NCBI GenBank assembly: GCA_049515535.1
Contig: JBEKTZ010000004.1
Location: 201,462 to 265,461 of the forward strand
Reading direction: 5' to 3'
From: Candidatus Aminicenantales bacterium
GTDB lineage: Bacteria > Acidobacteriota > Aminicenantia > Aminicenantales > UBA4085
DNA: 64,000 bases
Shown: piece after piece, positions 60,797-64,000 of the stretch
Layout: each line of letters opens with the position of its first letter
How positions within the stretch are numbered: position 1 is the stretch's first letter
The notes under the pieces: model-generated
Databases searched by the model: none
Told to the model about the DNA's origin: nothing
The model's input: the letters and a program-made list of their open reading frames with translations, nothing else
Position numbers and translations under genes: made by a program

Positions 60797-61977
60797 ATAA
60801 GTCTCCAGTTCTTGGGCACGATCCGGATCCCGTCGCCGTAAATCTTGAAGTGCTTGCCGTCTTTTTCCGCGTCTTCGCCGATGACGAAATCGTCAGGGAT
60901 GATGGAATTCTTGTCGACGATCACTTTTTTTAAACGGGCGCGCCGCCCGACTTTCACGCCGGTGAAGATGATCGAATCTTGGATATCCGCGTTTTCGCCG
61001 ATACTGACCGCGGGAGAAAGAATCGAATTGCGGAGCTTGGCCTGGACCATGCGGCATCCCGGACCGATGATGGTATTGGTGGCCGTGCTTTTGTCCATGT
61101 AGGCCGGAGGAAATTGACCTTGATAGGTGCGGAGCGGCCAGGCGGCGTCCAGAATTTCGAACGGGGGGTTTGGCGATAGAAAGGCCATATTGGATTTCCA
61201 ATAGGCGTCGATCGTTCCGATATCTTCCCAATAGCCCTCATAAAGGCAGGCGGAAACCTTTTGCTCTCCGATGAGACGGGGAAGAATGTCCTTTCCGAAA
61301 TCATGGCTGCTTTTCGGGCTTTTGGCATCCTGCATCAAAGCCCGGATCAGGATGGGCGTCTTGAAGAGGTAAATGCCCATCGAGGCGAGCGAAAGATTTT
61401 CGTCGGCGGGGAGGGACGGAGGATTTTTCGGCTTTTCCAGGAAATCGGTGATCCGACCGTCCGCATCGATTCGCATGATGCCGAACCTCCGTCCGTCCTG
61501 GCGCGGGACGGGCTTGGCCAGGACGACGGCGTCGGATTCGGTTTCGAGATAGAATTGGATCATCTTCCGATAATCGGCTTTGTAGACATGATCCCCGGAG
61601 AGCACCAGGACGACTTCGGGATTATCCTGTTGGATGGAGTAGATATTTTGGAAGACCGCATCGGCCGTCCCTTCATACCAGCGGTCGCCGACTCTCCCCT
61701 GGGCGGGGAGCGAAATGATGAAGCCCCGGCTTTCGGGGTGATAAATGTTCCAGCCATGGAGGATATGACGTTCGAGCGACAGGGACTTGTACTGGGTGAG
61801 AAGAGCGATCCTCCGCAGTCCAGAATTCAGGCTGTTGGATAGGCTGAAATCGATGATCCTATAGGTCCCGAGGAACGGGACCGACGGCTTGGCCCTGTCC
61901 CTTGTCAGCGGGTAAAGGCGATCGCCCCTGCCTCCGCAAAGGATCATGACTAGCGTTTTCTCAAAAAGCTGCGGCAT
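60793..61977 (-). CDS. glgC: Glucose-1-phosphate adenylyltransferase
   Basis: ILCGGRGDRLYPLTRDRAKPSVPFLG is the GlgC N-terminal signature. Left-handed beta-helix C-terminus. Start trimmed to MPQLFEK. Confidence 0.88.
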   Translation of the reverse strand: MPQLFEKTLVMILCGGRGDRLYPLTRDRAKPSVPFLGTYRIIDFSLSNSLNSGLRRIALLTQYKSLSLERHILHGWNIYHPESRGFIISLPAQGRVGDRWYEGTADAVFQNIYSIQQDNPEVVLVLSGDHVYKADYRKMIQFYLETESDAVVLAKPVPRQDGRRFGIMRIDADGRITDFLEKPKNPPSLPADENLSLASMGIYLFKTPILIRALMQDAKSPKSSHDFGKDILPRLIGEQKVSACLYEGYWEDIGTIDAYWKSNMAFLSPNPPFEILDAAWPLRTYQGQFPPAYMDKSTATNTIIGPGCRMVQAKLRNSILSPAVSIGENADIQDSIIFTGVKVGRRARLKKVIVDKNSIIPDDFVIGEDAEKDGKHFKIYGDGIRIVPKNWRLI

Positions 61978-63946
61978 CGGACCTGACGGGCTCCTGGCCA
62001 TCGATCATTGTTATGCGGGCTTCGAATTCCTTGCCTCCCCCCAGCTCGATGGGCCAGATCGGGAGGAGGCAGAAACCTTGATGAATTATATCATAGCCCT
62101 TCTCGGATTGGGAAAGCGTTTGAAGCGGAAAATGCCAAAACTCCGTCTTAGGGACGACTTCGAAACGGATGCGGCCGCCGCATAAATCCGCGCCGTACTC
62201 TCGAAAGACGATCTCTTCCGGGATTTGATAGAGATTCCACTCGCTGGCAAAGAGGATCCTGACGGATATCTCGGAAGAGCTTTTGATCGATAACCGAACG
62301 CGGACGGCACGGCCTCGCGGTTCGATTCTTTTTTGAAAACGGACGGTGATCCGCTCATCCCCCATTCGGACATGGCCGTCCCGCTGAAGCCACAGATCCG
62401 GCTCCAGAATCCGGCCGTCGTATGGCTGATCGAGGAAATCGCCCAGCTCGCGGTTCGATCCGCCTTTGAATTCCTTGAGGGTCGTCTCCGGATGGAGGAA
62501 ATGGTCCAACGCGGACCGGCGGGGACGCGAATCATATCGGAAAAGCTTTTCGGCTTCCGGGGGAAGCGCTTTAGTCAGCTCATGGATGCTCTTGCCTTGT
62601 TCCGGACCAATGGGTTTGGGGACGTGGTAGGCTTCTTGACGGCGGGACAGGACGTCGGTCAAATTCCGGGACGTGGGATAATGGTCGATTTCGGCAAAAC
62701 TTCCCCCGGCGGAGGGCTTGACGATCAGGCCGAACGTCTCGTCCTGACGGATGGATTCCACGCGTCCGTCCAGGTCGAAATCGATTTCCCGCCAGCCGCG
62801 ATATGGCTCCGACATTTTCTCAGCCTTCAAAAGGTGTTCGTAAGCGGCCTCCCGCAGATGCGGAAGGTACAGGCCCCCGAAAATTCCGTGCCAAATGGGA
62901 TCGTTGCCCTGGCCTTTGTAAAGCTCTTTTTTGGCGGCCTCATTGTTTTCGACGGCGTTGACCTTTCGCGAAACCAAGACCATCCTCTTATTCAGATGAT
63001 CGGACTCCGGATATTTCAGAAAGAACTCGCGAAAAAAACCCCCGCGGATAAACCGTCGAGCTTCGGGCGAGTTCTTCGCTTTGACCGCTTTAAAAACGAC
63101 GGCGGCCTCGGGCTCGAGGACCCACTCCATCATCTCTTCATAGGACGCGGGAGGAAGATAAACGCGTCCCGCCGGCGGCAGTTCATCGAGAATTTCGGAG
63201 TATGTCCGGGTCCGGACGTTCTTTTCCTTCAAAAAACGCAGGAAACGAGACAGCCAGCCGTCGTCAAAGACCCATTTTCCGGTCCCGGGCCACAAACCGA
63301 ATTTTTCGCCGTCGTCCCCGAGAATGGCCAATCCTCCGCCGGCTTGAATTTCCGCAAGATATCTCTCGATATCGTCCAAGGGCCGGAAGGGAATGAGATA
63401 ACGCAATTTCTTGTCGATGGGAAAGAGCTTCAGCGGATACCCCTCGTCTTCCGTCATGTAATACGCATGGATGTCGCGCACTCCGGCGTAATGAAAATGC
63501 TCTTCATCGAGAAGCGTGTATTCGATGCCGGCTTGGGCTAATGTTTTCGGCAGCGTCGGCTCCCAGACGCGTTCCGTGAGCCATAGGCCGCGGGGGCGAA
63601 CATGGAAATGCTCTTCGAGGAATCGGCTCATCATCCGGATCTGTCCCTGCCGGTCCTCTTCGGGGATGATGGTCAGGATGGGCTCGTAGAAGCCTCCGCC
63701 CAGGAGCTCGACCTGGCCGCGCGCGACCATCGCTTTGAGAGTGTCCCAGCACTCGCGCTCTTTCTCTTTCATGTATTCCAACAGCGGGCCGGAATAATGA
63801 GCCGTAAATTTGACGTCTGGATGCTTTTCGAGCTCCCCCAAGAAAGGCTTGTAACAGTCCTTGAACGCCGTTTCGAAGACCGACCTGAAATTGCCGACGG
63901 GCTGGTGGTTGTGGACCGCCAGAAGAAAGACGCTTGGATCAGTCAT
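61961..63946 (-). CDS. GH57-family glycoside hydrolase (alpha-glucan branching enzyme / amylopullulanase-like)
   Basis: LLAVHNHQPVGNF...ELLGGGFYEPIL is the GH57 N-terminal signature with the HQP motif. Catalytic Glu/Asp region present. Start trimmed to MTDPSVF. Confidence 0.8.
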   Translation of the reverse strand: MTDPSVFLLAVHNHQPVGNFRSVFETAFKDCYKPFLGELEKHPDVKFTAHYSGPLLEYMKEKERECWDTLKAMVARGQVELLGGGFYEPILTIIPEEDRQGQIRMMSRFLEEHFHVRPRGLWLTERVWEPTLPKTLAQAGIEYTLLDEEHFHYAGVRDIHAYYMTEDEGYPLKLFPIDKKLRYLIPFRPLDDIERYLAEIQAGGGLAILGDDGEKFGLWPGTGKWVFDDGWLSRFLRFLKEKNVRTRTYSEILDELPPAGRVYLPPASYEEMMEWVLEPEAAVVFKAVKAKNSPEARRFIRGGFFREFFLKYPESDHLNKRMVLVSRKVNAVENNEAAKKELYKGQGNDPIWHGIFGGLYLPHLREAAYEHLLKAEKMSEPYRGWREIDFDLDGRVESIRQDETFGLIVKPSAGGSFAEIDHYPTSRNLTDVLSRRQEAYHVPKPIGPEQGKSIHELTKALPPEAEKLFRYDSRPRRSALDHFLHPETTLKEFKGGSNRELGDFLDQPYDGRILEPDLWLQRDGHVRMGDERITVRFQKRIEPRGRAVRVRLSIKSSSEISVRILFASEWNLYQIPEEIVFREYGADLCGGRIRFEVVPKTEFWHFPLQTLSQSEKGYDIIHQGFCLLPIWPIELGGGKEFEARITMIDGQEPVRSDAAAF

Positions 63947-64000
63947 GAGGCCGGATTCCCGATTGATGATAAGCTTCGCGGATATAGCTTTCAAAGAGAA

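Noticed and set aside
1-64000. CRISPR arrays, rRNA genes, transposases
   Set aside because: No regularly spaced direct repeats, no rRNA-like conserved stretches and no transposase-like ORFs were seen on either strand.

Overview
This is a high-GC (~60%) bacterial chromosomal window, mostly core housekeeping genes, with a few accessory-looking blocks. Assignments rest on motif-level reading of the supplied translations; no database search was possible.

Features, in order along the window:
- A 5'-truncated dnaK, then dnaJ and a MerR/HspR-type repressor.
- An orphan ~75-aa ORF matching only sigma-70 region 4, then a DnaC-like AAA+ ATPase.
- GTP-dependent PEP carboxykinase (minus strand) and tRNA-Asn(GTT).
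- An MBL hydrolase, a CysK-like cysteine synthase with a Cys-rich tail, folK, a YraN nuclease and cysS.
- A split LKR/SDH saccharopine pair and a Memo-like gene, running straight into a second heat-shock operon: hrcA-grpE-hsp70-dnaJ. This Hsp70 paralog lacks the helical lid.
- A Ser/Thr kinase, ilvE, pilT, alaS and a lytic transglycosylase.
- A minus-strand membrane/lipid operon (lipid kinase, two unknown membrane proteins, a GT87-like protein) facing a secreted peptidase-TPR protein across a palindromic operator.
- tRNA-Leu(TAG), then tig-clpP-clpX-lon-rho.
- A lower-GC parB-parA block bracketed by two ~400-bp AT-rich non-coding segments; one carries a perfect 18-bp palindrome.
- A translationally coupled operon: APC permease, RACo-type corrinoid reductive activase, B12-binding corrinoid protein, non-Pyl MttB-family methyltransferase, and a stand-alone MetH activation-domain homolog.
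- A ~795-aa polytopic membrane protein with a C-terminal discoidin domain, followed by a membrane-anchored SGNH hydrolase.
- A beta-CASP RNase, an RlmI-like methyltransferase and a NUDIX hydrolase.
- A glycogen cluster (glgA, GalT-like HIT enzyme, glgC, GH57) with an embedded response regulator and GAF histidine kinase.

No rRNA genes, CRISPR arrays, integrases or transposases were seen.

The candidates I rate highest for a second look are the corrinoid methyltransferase operon, which pairs two different reactivation components, and the lidless Hsp70 in the HrcA operon alongside a separate HspR operon. The AT-rich-flanked parAB island with its non-canonical palindrome ranks next.
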